Positions 9,578 to 18,960 of a stretch of 64,000 bases of DNA are shown one piece after another; position 1 is the stretch's first letter, and each line of letters opens with the position of its first letter. Under the pieces are notes generated by a model. It was given only the letters and a program-made list of their open reading frames with translations. It ran no database searches and had not been told where the DNA came from. The stretch lies in the NCBI GenBank assembly GCA_046050355.1, contig JBJOPW010000001.1:79475-143474 (forward strand), read 5' to 3'. Position numbers and translations under genes: made by a program. The DNA comes from Candidatus Parcubacteria bacterium. Lineage in GTDB: Bacteria; Patescibacteriota; Minisyncoccia; Phycocordibacterales; UBA918.

Positions 9578-10606
9578 TTAGTTAATTTCAGTGACCTCAG
9601 CCTCGGCACTCACCGCGGAAGCCTGCTTTTGGCGGCGGCGTCGACGCCAATACCAGACTCCAGCGAAACTGAAGAGGACAAGCGCTACTCCAGTGGCTGC
9701 AGCCACTGCCAGCGTTATTGGTGAAAAGCGACTGATATGAGCGTTTTGTGGGGCCAAAGTAGCAATGTATTCATTCCCCGCTTTATCAACGGCGCGCACG
9801 CGGATAGTACTCTTGAGTGACTGATCAGTGAGCACATATGGACTGCGTCCTTCCGTCCACACTGTTGTGGCCGCACCAAAGGTAAAGAGTCTCGTGTCCT
9901 CAACCGGTTCTTCGATTACTTCATAGTGACTCATGCCACTTTGTTTGTCGGTAGTGTTAAAGACAATATAGTACTTCTTTTCAAAAGCATAGTCGTCTTT
10001 CTCGAGGGTAATAGAAAATTCTTCGGGCGGGATATCATCATCTGCAACAACATCTCGCCACTCATCGATAATAGTAGACCCAACAACTTGATTGAGCGTC
10101 AATTCTGCCCCGAGTGTTTGGAGCGCTGCTTCAGTCCCAAAACCATCATTCAAAAAGGCGCGTGTTTCTGGATTAAATGTCACCGTTCCAAAGGGAGCGA
10201 CCTCCCCACCACCAACGGTGAGACCGGGAGCACGAAATACAATCTGGAGTAGTGTATTAGTGAGTCTCGGATCACCATCAACACGCCCACAATAGCCATT
10301 TGGAATACCGCCAGCAAATGAGATGGTGCGTGCATTTTTGTCAATCACTGGCTGTTCCACCCAAATTGGAAATATTGACTGGCCAATTGAAATATCAACC
10401 GGATTTATAGCCTCGTTGTAACTAATCACCCCATCAATAGCATTAATACATTCATCTTCAGCTTCGTTCGTATCTAGTCGCACTGAGAGTGTCACTGAAT
10501 CACCACGATTAAGTGTTGGTCGCGGCGGGTCAAGGTACAAGGTGGCTGCTGACACGGAATCAGCCACCAAAAACATACACAAAAAGAGAACGAGTCGGTA
10601 GACCAT
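9578..10606 (-). CDS. Membrane-anchored cohesin-like protein
   Basis: Likely start is the ATG at 10606 (MVYRLVLF...VSA), with TATACT 6 nt upstream. Cohesin-like INAIDGVISY...SIFPIWVEQP...ISFAGGIPNG...FLNDGFGT, Ig-like DKQSGMSHYEV...RAVDKAGN, C-terminal TM followed by RRRRR. Confidence 0.82.
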   Translation of the reverse strand: MVYRLVLFLCMFLVADSVSAATLYLDPPRPTLNRGDSVTLSVRLDTNEAEDECINAIDGVISYNEAINPVDISIGQSIFPIWVEQPVIDKNARTISFAGGIPNGYCGRVDGDPRLTNTLLQIVFRAPGLTVGGGEVAPFGTVTFNPETRAFLNDGFGTEAALQTLGAELTLNQVVGSTIIDEWRDVVADDDIPPEEFSITLEKDDYAFEKKYYIVFNTTDKQSGMSHYEVIEEPVEDTRLFTFGAATTVWTEGRSPYVLTDQSLKSTIRVRAVDKAGNEYIATLAPQNAHISRFSPITLAVAAATGVALVLFSFAGVWYWRRRRRQKQASAVSAEAEVTEIN

Positions 10607-10653
10607 ACTTGTAGTATACAGAATAGAATCATACAAAAACGGCTTTTTACACA

Positions 10654-10688
10654 AACAAAAACTCCCCGTGGTGGGGGAAGTTTTTGTT
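10654..10688 (-). terminator. Intrinsic terminator after the WxL-like subunit gene
   Basis: AACAAAAACTCCCC...GGGGAAGTTTTTGTT hairpin with T/A tails; close match to the terminator after the paralog (53439-53475). Confidence 0.7.
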
Positions 10689-10717
10689 GTATTACTCCAA
10701 GCTTGGACCAATATTCT

Positions 10718-11872
10718 TTAGAACACTGGGGTTGCTACGTATGTCAGCGTAGCGTTGTAGTCGTTCCCCGCTTCCTGGAGCGGAGAAATTTCAACCTTGT
10801 AACCAACGCGGGTACGACCAATATTTGGTGTAACTCCGTCTGATGGTCCATTGTGTCGAAATACTTCAACCGGTGTGGTCGAGGCAGAAACAAAGCGCTG
10901 CCCGGTTCCTCCGGCATCAAATGGATCGGTGAGACCAGCGGTGAGTGAGGCGTCTTCTGTGGTTAGACCCCAGTGACCCCACGTATTCTCATTACTGATT
11001 GTCCCGGTTGGTGGATCCCACGCCACTGGCGTGTTAGTGTACGCACCATCAATAAATCCATCGATATCAGCACCCGTTGAAGAGAGCAACTGCTGATCAA
11101 CTTCTACTGTTACCGCAAAGCCGTAACTCGCATTTGTTGACACAGACAATTGCTGAGCTGATGTCGTGGCTGAACCCTGTGTCAAAACTCCAAATGGAAT
11201 TGAGGTAGCAGAGGTCGAGCCAGTAATTGCTTCTTGGTTAACGGTACCGGTAGCGACACCACTTACCGTAAAGGTAAAGCTCGTGTCAACAGCGGCTGTA
11301 ACCACGACTGGTGAAATGATCGCTACTCGAGTAGACCCACTATCTACTGAACCAGCAGTGATGTCAATCTCGTATGAGCCGACAGCAGGGTTGGTCAATT
11401 GAGCGTTACCAGTGGCACCAAAGGTGGCATTGGTTCCGATCTGAATAGTGGTAGTGCCATTAGCCGGTAATGAGGCACCATCGCCGGGACAGAACTGGAG
11501 CGTAATGGTGTTGGTAGTTGTTGAAAAACCAACTTCATCAGATCCTCCACATCCGTTCCCAACAGACAAATCTGTTCCATCATCAGTGATATCTACATCG
11601 TCAAACGCGACTGCTCCAAGAGCGAAAGGCCCGTTAGAGAAATTGAGGACAATAGATTCACCGTTTGCTACGCCAGTAGGTGTAACAAAACTGATGGTGT
11701 GATTTGATGGCACACTCGGGGCTGAATCCGAGAGCGTATCACTTACTAATCTGACATTTGCGGCCTCCGCAAAGCGGAATGTTGGTAGACCCAATGACCA
11801 TAACAAAATGGCAAGTCCAACAACAGAAGCCAGTGCTTGGAGTAGTCCGAACGTTGAATTCGTTCTACTCAT
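10718..11872 (-). CDS. WxL-like/pilin-like secreted surface subunit (paralog 1)
   Basis: Likely start is the ATG at 11872 (MSRTNST...AEA). Two domains; the C-domain has IPFGVLT, VSTNASYGFAVTV and ends YNATLTYVATPVF, resembling the terminal YxxxLTWxL strand of WxL domains. Clearly paralogous to 53492-54622. Confidence 0.7.
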   Translation of the reverse strand: MSRTNSTFGLLQALASVVGLAILLWSLGLPTFRFAEAANVRLVSDTLSDSAPSVPSNHTISFVTPTGVANGESIVLNFSNGPFALGAVAFDDVDITDDGTDLSVGNGCGGSDEVGFSTTTNTITLQFCPGDGASLPANGTTTIQIGTNATFGATGNAQLTNPAVGSYEIDITAGSVDSGSTRVAIISPVVVTAAVDTSFTFTVSGVATGTVNQEAITGSTSATSIPFGVLTQGSATTSAQQLSVSTNASYGFAVTVEVDQQLLSSTGADIDGFIDGAYTNTPVAWDPPTGTISNENTWGHWGLTTEDASLTAGLTDPFDAGGTGQRFVSASTTPVEVFRHNGPSDGVTPNIGRTRVGYKVEISPLQEAGNDYNATLTYVATPVF

Positions 11873-12208
11873 GACTCTACGTTGTATTAGCCAGGCGCTG
11901 CTGCGAGAGCAAAAGCAATGCAGCAACGTGACTCGCGACCGTCATCGTTCACAGTGTGGTCTCCACCCCACTTCTGTATAGACGAGCGACAGGCATACTA
12001 ATGCTGTAACAGTGGCTGTTCTGTCCTAGCATTCCATTGTGGTGGGAGCTAGCAGTATCATTAAATAGATACCTCCAAACATTAGTACTCATTCATTGTA
12101 GCTTGCGCGTGTCAGCAAAAGAGAAACTTATACACAAAAAACAATCTCAAGTTTACCAACTATACAGACGATGTTAGAAATTTTTATACAAAATGATATA
12201 GTATATCA

Positions 12209-12802
12209 ATGCCAGATTTGGATTCACTCCTTGAGTTTACACGCCTGATGTCAAAGCTTTCAACTACTGAGCGTTTTGTTAACAAAATCGGTACTAATAC
12301 GCGTGAGAATTTCTCAGAACACTGCACACAACTTGCTTTTACTGCTTGGTACCTGATTGAAAAACATAAAATGTCGCTGGCTATAGAGAAAGTTCTACAA
12401 TACGCTCTCATACACGACATTGTGGAAACGTATACCGGCGACTTTCCCACCCATTTACCTAACTGTGACCGACAGGAAAAAGAACGCCGAGAACGTGAAG
12501 CCTTTGCATGTATCAAACAAGATTTTCCCGACGCTACAAGTTTATGGTTACAATACGCGCAATATGAACAAAAGATCGATGCCGAAAGTAAGTTCGTTTA
12601 CGCACTCGATAAACTACTACCAGGACTTAACATTTATTTAGACTCAGGCAAAGCCTGGGCTGAGAGGGATCCGGAGAATAACACTTGGAGTTTCGATGAT
12701 CTATCAAAACGGGTAGCACACGATCAGTTAGTTTCTCAGCTATGGGAAGAAATTCGGACTCGAATCTATACAGAACATCCAGAGTTTTTCTCCCAGCCGT
12801 AA
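12209..12802 (+). CDS. HD-domain phosphohydrolase (YfbR/HD_3-like)
   Basis: RENFSEH, ALIHDIVETYTGD, E..FVYALDKL motifs; TGaTATAGT 6 nt before the ATG. Confidence 0.88.
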   Translation: MPDLDSLLEFTRLMSKLSTTERFVNKIGTNTRENFSEHCTQLAFTAWYLIEKHKMSLAIEKVLQYALIHDIVETYTGDFPTHLPNCDRQEKERREREAFACIKQDFPDATSLWLQYAQYEQKIDAESKFVYALDKLLPGLNIYLDSGKAWAERDPENNTWSFDDLSKRVAHDQLVSQLWEEIRTRIYTEHPEFFSQP

Positions 12803-12831
12803 AAAAATGTAACATATACTGTCGTCAGTAA

Positions 12832-12955
12832 AGAGTTCGCCAAATGACCCTAGATTCGAGGCGTGCGAGGAAATTGTTGTGAGCCGTACTGGCTGTACGG
12901 TGAACTGCAATTTACCGAAGCACAACAAAGAAGATAGGGTTAGTTGGTGGACTCT
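12832..12955 (+). repeat. Structured ~125-nt dispersed repeat, copy A
   Basis: Outer stem with G-U pairs; core CGAGGCG...GAGCCGTAC-loop-GTACGGTGA...CAACAAAG; ends on the stop codon of 12954-14060. Confidence 0.8.
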
Positions 12956-14060
12956 ACCCGGTCCAGTTGAAGAGGAGGATTGAGAAGTCTTCAAGTCCAA
13001 CCTTCCCATTACTATTGATATCCGCCGGCGGGTTTGAGTCACCGCCATTAGTACTCCACCAGAAAATGAGAATAGAAAAGTCGGTTAGATTAACCTTACC
13101 ATCACGACTGAGGTCAGATGGCGAGCTGGGTGCGCCATCGACGCCTAAAAGCAGCTGCACGACACTACTATAACCACTTTGGGTCAGTAGTGGTGGTGTG
13201 CCAGTAATAGAGCGAACTTTGATTGGATAGGTGGCATTACGGAGACTCGCCGTATTGAGCGTATAGCTGTAACGACCACTAGTGTCACTGGTCGTTCGTT
13301 CGGTGCGAAGACTACTGTTCCCTACCTGGATTTCGATCGCAGCACTCGGGACTGCCTGTCCAGAAATCGTAACTGTTCCGCCAGGACTGACTTTAGTATT
13401 TGATAAGGCTAAGGTCGGCGGCAACAAAAGGCCACTGACATTTGTTACGGCGCCTTGAGTCACATCAAAGGTACTATTGAGCGTGATAGAGCGTACCCCC
13501 GTCGAGTCATTCGCCCACACACCCATGGTAGCGGTTCCTGGCGACGCTTTGGTCGAAAATTCAAAACGACCGGTACTATTAGCTCGTACGGAACCGACAG
13601 ACTTGGTATCAAGAAGAAAATTAACTTGCTGATTTGGATACGCAATACCAGTAATACTGATTGACGAATCACCAAGATCGCGGGTACCACCGCCACCTCC
13701 TCCACCGCCAGATGATCCACCGCCGCCAGAACCAGCCGGTTCTATTTGACAGGTAGCCGAACAAAAATCACCACCGGTGTTATTCGCATCGTCACACTCT
13801 TCTGCATAAGTAGTCTGCAAAATACCATCACCGCAGTATGGTCCATAGTCACAGACAGCATTGCATTGTCGCCCAGCAATGGTGGTACTGTAGAGACCAA
13901 TTTCACCAGGCACATCGCACTGTTCCCCGACATCGATGAGTGCGTTCCCGCAGATACTCAAATCAATAGTGGTTGTTGCTGTTGAAATAGTGACAGCGAG
14001 TACTTCGTGTGGCATAACACCAAGCGAAGCGACGAAGAGGAGGAGAGCAGCAAGGCGCAT
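12954..14060 (-). CDS. Secreted protein: Myxococcus-type Cys-rich repeats, Gly linker, two Ig-like domains, C-terminal dockerin
   Basis: CGNALIDVGEQCD and CGDGILQ...EECDDANNTGGDFCSATC (DUF4215-like); poly-Gly linker; DLSRDGKVNLTDFSIL / DINSNGKVGLEDFSIL. Confidence 0.82.
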   Translation of the reverse strand: MRLAALLLFVASLGVMPHEVLAVTISTATTTIDLSICGNALIDVGEQCDVPGEIGLYSTTIAGRQCNAVCDYGPYCGDGILQTTYAEECDDANNTGGDFCSATCQIEPAGSGGGGSSGGGGGGGGTRDLGDSSISITGIAYPNQQVNFLLDTKSVGSVRANSTGRFEFSTKASPGTATMGVWANDSTGVRSITLNSTFDVTQGAVTNVSGLLLPPTLALSNTKVSPGGTVTISGQAVPSAAIEIQVGNSSLRTERTTSDTSGRYSYTLNTASLRNATYPIKVRSITGTPPLLTQSGYSSVVQLLLGVDGAPSSPSDLSRDGKVNLTDFSILIFWWSTNGGDSNPPADINSNGKVGLEDFSILLFNWTG

Positions 14061-14065
14061 AACAA

Positions 14066-15013
14066 CTACGTTAAACGAGAACGACGGTTATGAATAAAGA
14101 ATAAGATGACAATAAGTACTGCGAAGATTGGCAGCAGGATCGATAGCTTGTGTGCTATTGATAGTCCCATAAAGCCGTAACCAGCGACCTGTAGCGTGCC
14201 ATATGGCAATATACTCAAGTTGAGTTCACCCTCTTGTTTGACATCCTCGCCATTTTTAATGGTATACCGCGCGATATAGCTACCAGCCGGTAACCGGGTC
14301 GGGAGTGAGGCACTAATTTCTTCTATCGCGTAGGGAGCGATTTTTTTGAGACGACCCGTATGGTGGGTTTCCTCGAGTAATACGGCGCCAGCGCGATCAT
14401 AAATACGAAACTCAACATCTGACGGAGCAACATCAATGTTACCGGTGTTCTCAATCAACATCGAAAAATTAATCTTGCCAGGGAAATACAACCAACCAAC
14501 TTTCTTTCCTTCATTGAGATCACTGACAGTAATCTTACGGACGCGGAAATCTTCGATGACTTTATCAATGACTGATAGATCGACATCAACTTGAGCACCC
14601 AGAGAAATGCTTACGACACCCTCAGCGACCTGATCATCAGCTGGCAGCGTACGGATACGAATCTTGCCGGTATAGTCTGCAAAATCTGCCTCAGCTGGAA
14701 CCTTGATACGTACTGTCATGGGCACTTTTTGTTGTCCACGTGGCAAGGCGATACTTTGACCTTCAACAATCTCTATCCAATCCTGAATCTCTGGTGCGTC
14801 AATTGTAATTTCGGCTTTGAGATTGTCACTTGGGTTACCACGAACCAGGAGAATCTGCTGTTCGTAGGTTGAGTTGCGTGTCAGGCTGGTGTTCCGAACA
14901 TACGGCGGGGTAATACCAAAACTAGCGTAACTTAAGGCTGGCCAAAAAGCCAAAGTTGCGAGCACACACAAAACAAAAGAACGAAGCAAAAACGTTGGCA
15001 AAATTACCTTCAT
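14066..15013 (-). CDS. DUF916/DUF3324-like (WxL-interacting-type) membrane-anchored protein
   Basis: Likely start is the ATG at 15013. Signal peptide; WIEI...IALPRGQQKVPMTVRIKVP.A...YTGKI; IENTGNIDVAP; LPAGSYIA; C-terminal TM with basic tail. Confidence 0.65.
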   Translation of the reverse strand: MKVILPTFLLRSFVLCVLATLAFWPALSYASFGITPPYVRNTSLTRNSTYEQQILLVRGNPSDNLKAEITIDAPEIQDWIEIVEGQSIALPRGQQKVPMTVRIKVPAEADFADYTGKIRIRTLPADDQVAEGVVSISLGAQVDVDLSVIDKVIEDFRVRKITVSDLNEGKKVGWLYFPGKINFSMLIENTGNIDVAPSDVEFRIYDRAGAVLLEETHHTGRLKKIAPYAIEEISASLPTRLPAGSYIARYTIKNGEDVKQEGELNLSILPYGTLQVAGYGFMGLSIAHKLSILLPIFAVLIVILFFIHNRRSRLT

Positions 15014-15105
15014 GCGATACTCACTATTATCGAAAATATTAGCCAAAAAAGCAATAACCACTGTTCGGATAACAGTGGTTATTGCTTGTTGTATAGAGTG
15101 ATGGT

Positions 15106-16983
15106 TTACCAACTTAATGGATTTGAGATTGCACCAGTGAAAGTGTTTTGTCCGGTGTATGATCCAGCGAGGGTGATCGTACCTGGTACCGCAATACCCC
15201 AGTAGGTTGTACCTGATGTTGGTGTCGAGGTCGCAGTTGGTTTTGGAATCTGAATCTGTAACGTTGCCGGTGACGTAGTTGGTTGAAGCGCTGCACCAGA
15301 GGCATAGGCAACCGCAGAAGTAGCATACCGCTGCTCACCTTGTGGAATTGTCGACGTGGCAGAAACTGGGCAAGGGTTAGTGGTACTAAAGGTCGTACAC
15401 ATAGACTCACCACCAAGGAGTTGATTAAGACCAGTGTTACCAAGGACTCGTAGTGATGACGATGAAGTCAAGTTTGGCATGTTTGTCCCCGGCTCAAGCT
15501 GATCGTACGCAATGGTACTCGTCAGGAGATCAATGGCCACGAGACTCAAGAGTTCTACCGGACTGGTGGTAGTCGCCATGGTACCAGTGGCATTATCATC
15601 ATCGACACCAGCTACACCAGCACTCCAAGCCTGCGTATCAAATGGTGTTCCAGAAACAGTTGGATCAGCAATGAACCAGAGTGGGAAGGAACATGAGTAA
15701 CTGATCGTATCGTCAGTGTTGCCGGTACACGATGTTGTGGAAGCTGTACATGAAAGGTTCCAAACTGAAGCAGCTACTCCACTTGGATAACAGTTGTTTG
15801 CATTGTAAGCTCCAGCTGATCCATCACAAGTTGTTGTTCCAACCGCACTACGGAAGATAGAGACCACCGAACGCTGGATTTCATCAGCCGCACCGCCACC
15901 AACCGCATCACAACTGTTAGCATCAGCCACCACAAAATCAAGCGTAAAACCTGTTGTTTGTGAACCCGGCACTGTAAGCACTATATCAAGTCCACCATTA
16001 AGAGAAATGGTACCACCGGCCACTGTTGGTGCGACGTTGCTGACTTCAAAGGTAACGTTTGTACCTTGTGCACCACCTGATGCTTCGTGACCGTGCTCAT
16101 CATAAAGATACGCAAATGCGTTGTAGTTAGTGTCCTGAAGAATAGTAGCCATTACTCGCGAGGTGGTGGCGTTAGCAAACGCAATCGAGAGTGATGATGA
16201 AGCAACAGTATCACCGGCGCCACAACTGTTCGTACTGGTACTATATGAAGCCGAACCACAAACTACCAGGTAAAGTGCGTCATCAGTATCTACAACGTCT
16301 GGGTCAGTAGAGGTTGATCTAAAGAGTAGTGTACCGCCTGGATTAACTGGACCATCATTACTAAACCCAGTGAAAACTGGTCGACGATTCACATTAAATG
16401 GTGACGAGTTCGTCGCATTTGTACCCTGTGAGAAAGTGGTACTACAACGGGGGTTTACCGGATCATCGTCACACACCCAGGCGTACCAGTCGTTTGATTC
16501 AGCAAAGGGCGCAACTTCTACGGTCGTGGTGGCAGCACGGGCTTCAGTGCCACTTGGCGTGCCCGTAGAAACCGCCCAGCGTGTACCAGCACTACAGACA
16601 GGAGCCGCAGTACCTAAGGTGGTTGTCGACTGTTGAGCAGTTGGGGTGGCGTTTGTACTACACACAATGAGGAAGTATGGTGCACCGTTGGCATCGCTTG
16701 CTGTTCCGACCCAAGCTACTTGATCACCTGAGTTCGTTGGCGAGGTTGAAGATGAGCTGATTAACTCACGACCCTCTTGTCCAGCCACCCAGGTTGGCGG
16801 CGTGTTAAGTACGGTCAACGTGGTCGTTGCAGTACTGGTCGCTTCGGCCTTTTCAAGCTCAGTTTTACCAATGTTAAGAATAAAGATGAAGGTAAAAATG
16901 AGCAACCCTGATAATGCTGATAATACGGTGATTTTCCCAGCGGTCTCTACATACCGTGGAAAGTTATTTTTGTTGTACAACAT
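15106..16983 (-). CDS. Secreted Cys/Thr-rich protein whose C-terminal region is shared with the giant protein
   Basis: N-terminal TM/signal ending AEA. The last ~300 aa align by eye with the giant's C-terminus (SLNGGLDI, NNCY, VELL, Q.YATS, KPT, YWGIAVP, G.NTFT). Confidence 0.8.
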   Translation of the reverse strand: MLYNKNNFPRYVETAGKITVLSALSGLLIFTFIFILNIGKTELEKAEATSTATTTLTVLNTPPTWVAGQEGRELISSSSTSPTNSGDQVAWVGTASDANGAPYFLIVCSTNATPTAQQSTTTLGTAAPVCSAGTRWAVSTGTPSGTEARAATTTVEVAPFAESNDWYAWVCDDDPVNPRCSTTFSQGTNATNSSPFNVNRRPVFTGFSNDGPVNPGGTLLFRSTSTDPDVVDTDDALYLVVCGSASYSTSTNSCGAGDTVASSSLSIAFANATTSRVMATILQDTNYNAFAYLYDEHGHEASGGAQGTNVTFEVSNVAPTVAGGTISLNGGLDIVLTVPGSQTTGFTLDFVVADANSCDAVGGGAADEIQRSVVSIFRSAVGTTTCDGSAGAYNANNCYPSGVAASVWNLSCTASTTSCTGNTDDTISYSCSFPLWFIADPTVSGTPFDTQAWSAGVAGVDDDNATGTMATTTSPVELLSLVAIDLLTSTIAYDQLEPGTNMPNLTSSSSLRVLGNTGLNQLLGGESMCTTFSTTNPCPVSATSTIPQGEQRYATSAVAYASGAALQPTTSPATLQIQIPKPTATSTPTSGTTYWGIAVPGTITLAGSYTGQNTFTGAISNPLSW

Positions 16984-17173
16984 ACTAAATACCTATATAT
17001 TGTATCGGATAAAGGCCTGAGTTATGCACTAGTTATGCACAGTAAGCAACCTCTGTGACAGCTGGTGAGTTTTAGTCACTGCGATAATTTTTAAAAAAGA
17101 CGAGGTCGGACCTCGTCCTTAGGGGCACCAAGAAACTAAAGTTCCTCAAATAAAGTGAGCGTCTGGTGGCCAA

Positions 17174-17494
17174 GAGACGTGGACTGGGCCATTAGGGATA
17201 GTGAGAAATGGGGTGGGACCCATTTCTCAAGACTCATTGTGGATATTTGTGAGTGATAACGAAACAAATAGCCCAATGAGTGGACAGCCTCTGTAAGAAG
17301 TCAGCTCACGGAAATTCGTCAGGTAAGCATAAAGAGAGTGTGCGGTAGCTGTGAGACGTGGACTGGGCCATTAGGTGAGAAAACGTGGGACGTTTTCGCA
17401 AGACTCATTGCGTAATTTTATGAGTGGTAACGAAATAAAATTGCCAATGAGTAGACAGTTTCTGTAAGAAATAGGCCCAGCTCACGGAAATTCG
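17174..17494. repeat. Two tandem ~145-nt structured repeats (17174-17318 and 17353-17494)
   Basis: Shared blocks GAGACGTGGACTGGGCCATTAGG, CAAGACTCATTG, GAGTGRTAACGAAA, CCAATGAGT, CTGTAAGAA, CAGCTCACGGAAATTCG; stems carry compensatory changes. Confidence 0.85.
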
Positions 17495-17614
17495 CAATAG
17501 TCGGCGAAGAAGATTCAAGAAACATAGTGATTCGGCCTAGAAAAGACATTAGGAATAGTCTTCTCTAGGTAAGTTCGCAATAGTCGGCTTGCGCTTCGTT
17601 TGCTCACTTAATTT

Positions 17615-18823
17615 CTATTCATAGCGAATCGCATCCAGTGGATTTAGAGACGAAGCCCGACGGGCTGGGAAGATTCCAGTCAAGTACCCCACCGCCGCTG
17701 AGAAGAGAGCAATAAATACGAGGAAGCCAATCGGGAAAGAAAAGAGCTTCACTGCCTGCCCGCCAAATTGCCCCGCCACAATATTCAAAAAGACATTGAT
17801 GGTCACCCCTAAACCTACCCCCATCACGATGCCACTAATACCGCCAAGGAAGCCTACTACCACCGACTCTGACACGAAGAGGTACTTCACATCATTTGGT
17901 GAGGCCCCAATCGTACGCATAATACCGATCTCTTTGGTACGCTCAAGGAGGGTCACCGTCATGGTATTGAACATACCAATGGCTGACACTACTAGCGCAA
18001 TACCACCGAAGGTAGCAAGTACGATCTGAATTCCTTGAAAGATTTTGGAAGCTTGCTCCACGGTCTTTGAGAGTGCTGTCACCCGGTAGCCAGCGTCGAT
18101 AAGTTTATTTTCTACAATCGGTAAATTCTCGTTGGTATCAACGCGTACTTGAATCCGTTCAAATTCTTCAATACCGACATAGTTGCGTAGTTCAGGCAAC
18201 ATCATCATCGCATTAAGGACACCTTCCTCTTTGGTAATGCCACGAACAGTGTATTCCTTATCAATAATGACTTCAGTGTTGTTGTTAGTCCCATCATTAG
18301 CCGGAATCAAAATACGAAATGATACTTTTTCACCAACAAAGGTGGCTGGATCATCAACTCCAAACAGCTTTAGTACGGCTGGCGAAAGCATCACAGAATT
18401 CGTATCACCAGCGTCAGCATCGGTAAAGACAGTGCCTTCAGTGGCCGATACGCCGGCATACCGCAGATAAGGTGGCTCCACACCTTGAATAAAGACGTTC
18501 CCGGTGAGACCTTTGTAGGTGACGAGAGCCGGAAAGCGAGCGAGCGGAGCGGCGTCGAGTACCTCAGGCATATTTTCAAAATCAGCCACGGTCTCGGTGG
18601 TCAATTTTAGGTTTTGCGCACCAGTAGCTGAGACACCGAGCGACAAAAGGGTCTCACCAAACACGATCTGTTCTAGAATGATTTGCTGCAAACCAAACCC
18701 AAGACCAACGAGAATCACCACGGCCCCTGTCCCCACACCCATACCCAAAATCGTGAGCCACGTACGAAGCGGGTTGGTTTTGAACATACGCGTCGAAAGC
18801 TGCGCCAGATCCTGAACTCGCAT
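17615..18823 (-). CDS. MacB/FtsX-family ABC transporter permease
   Basis: RTWLTILGMGVG, large extracytoplasmic domain, GMFNTMTVTLLERTKEIGIMRTIGAS, PARRASSLNPLDAIRYE; likely start is the ATG at 18823. Confidence 0.92.
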   Translation of the reverse strand: MRVQDLAQLSTRMFKTNPLRTWLTILGMGVGTGAVVILVGLGFGLQQIILEQIVFGETLLSLGVSATGAQNLKLTTETVADFENMPEVLDAAPLARFPALVTYKGLTGNVFIQGVEPPYLRYAGVSATEGTVFTDADAGDTNSVMLSPAVLKLFGVDDPATFVGEKVSFRILIPANDGTNNNTEVIIDKEYTVRGITKEEGVLNAMMMLPELRNYVGIEEFERIQVRVDTNENLPIVENKLIDAGYRVTALSKTVEQASKIFQGIQIVLATFGGIALVVSAIGMFNTMTVTLLERTKEIGIMRTIGASPNDVKYLFVSESVVVGFLGGISGIVMGVGLGVTINVFLNIVAGQFGGQAVKLFSFPIGFLVFIALFSAAVGYLTGIFPARRASSLNPLDAIRYE

Positions 18824-18829
18824 AGTACT

Positions 18830-18843
18830 TACATTATGACACA
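18830..18843 (-). promoter_or_regulatory. Extended -10 promoter motif TGTGTCATAATGTA
   Basis: The identical 14-mer lies just upstream of both the permease and the ATPase start codons. Confidence 0.6.
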
Positions 18844-18960
18844 ACTACTTTTCGTAAACATTAGATAACCCCCATGTCAAAATGAATATAAATATAGAAT
18901 AGACAAAGTATTCAGTCACTTTTCAATTTTCCATCTTCACTATTCTATATTTATTTGATG

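Noticed and set aside
17022-17041. Replication origin suggested by DnaA-like boxes
   Set aside because: The boxes are single or paired and scattered at promoters; there is no cluster, unwinding element or dnaA/dnaN.
17174-17588. CRISPR array
   Set aside because: Only two long degenerate copies; no constant repeat-spacer period and no cas genes.
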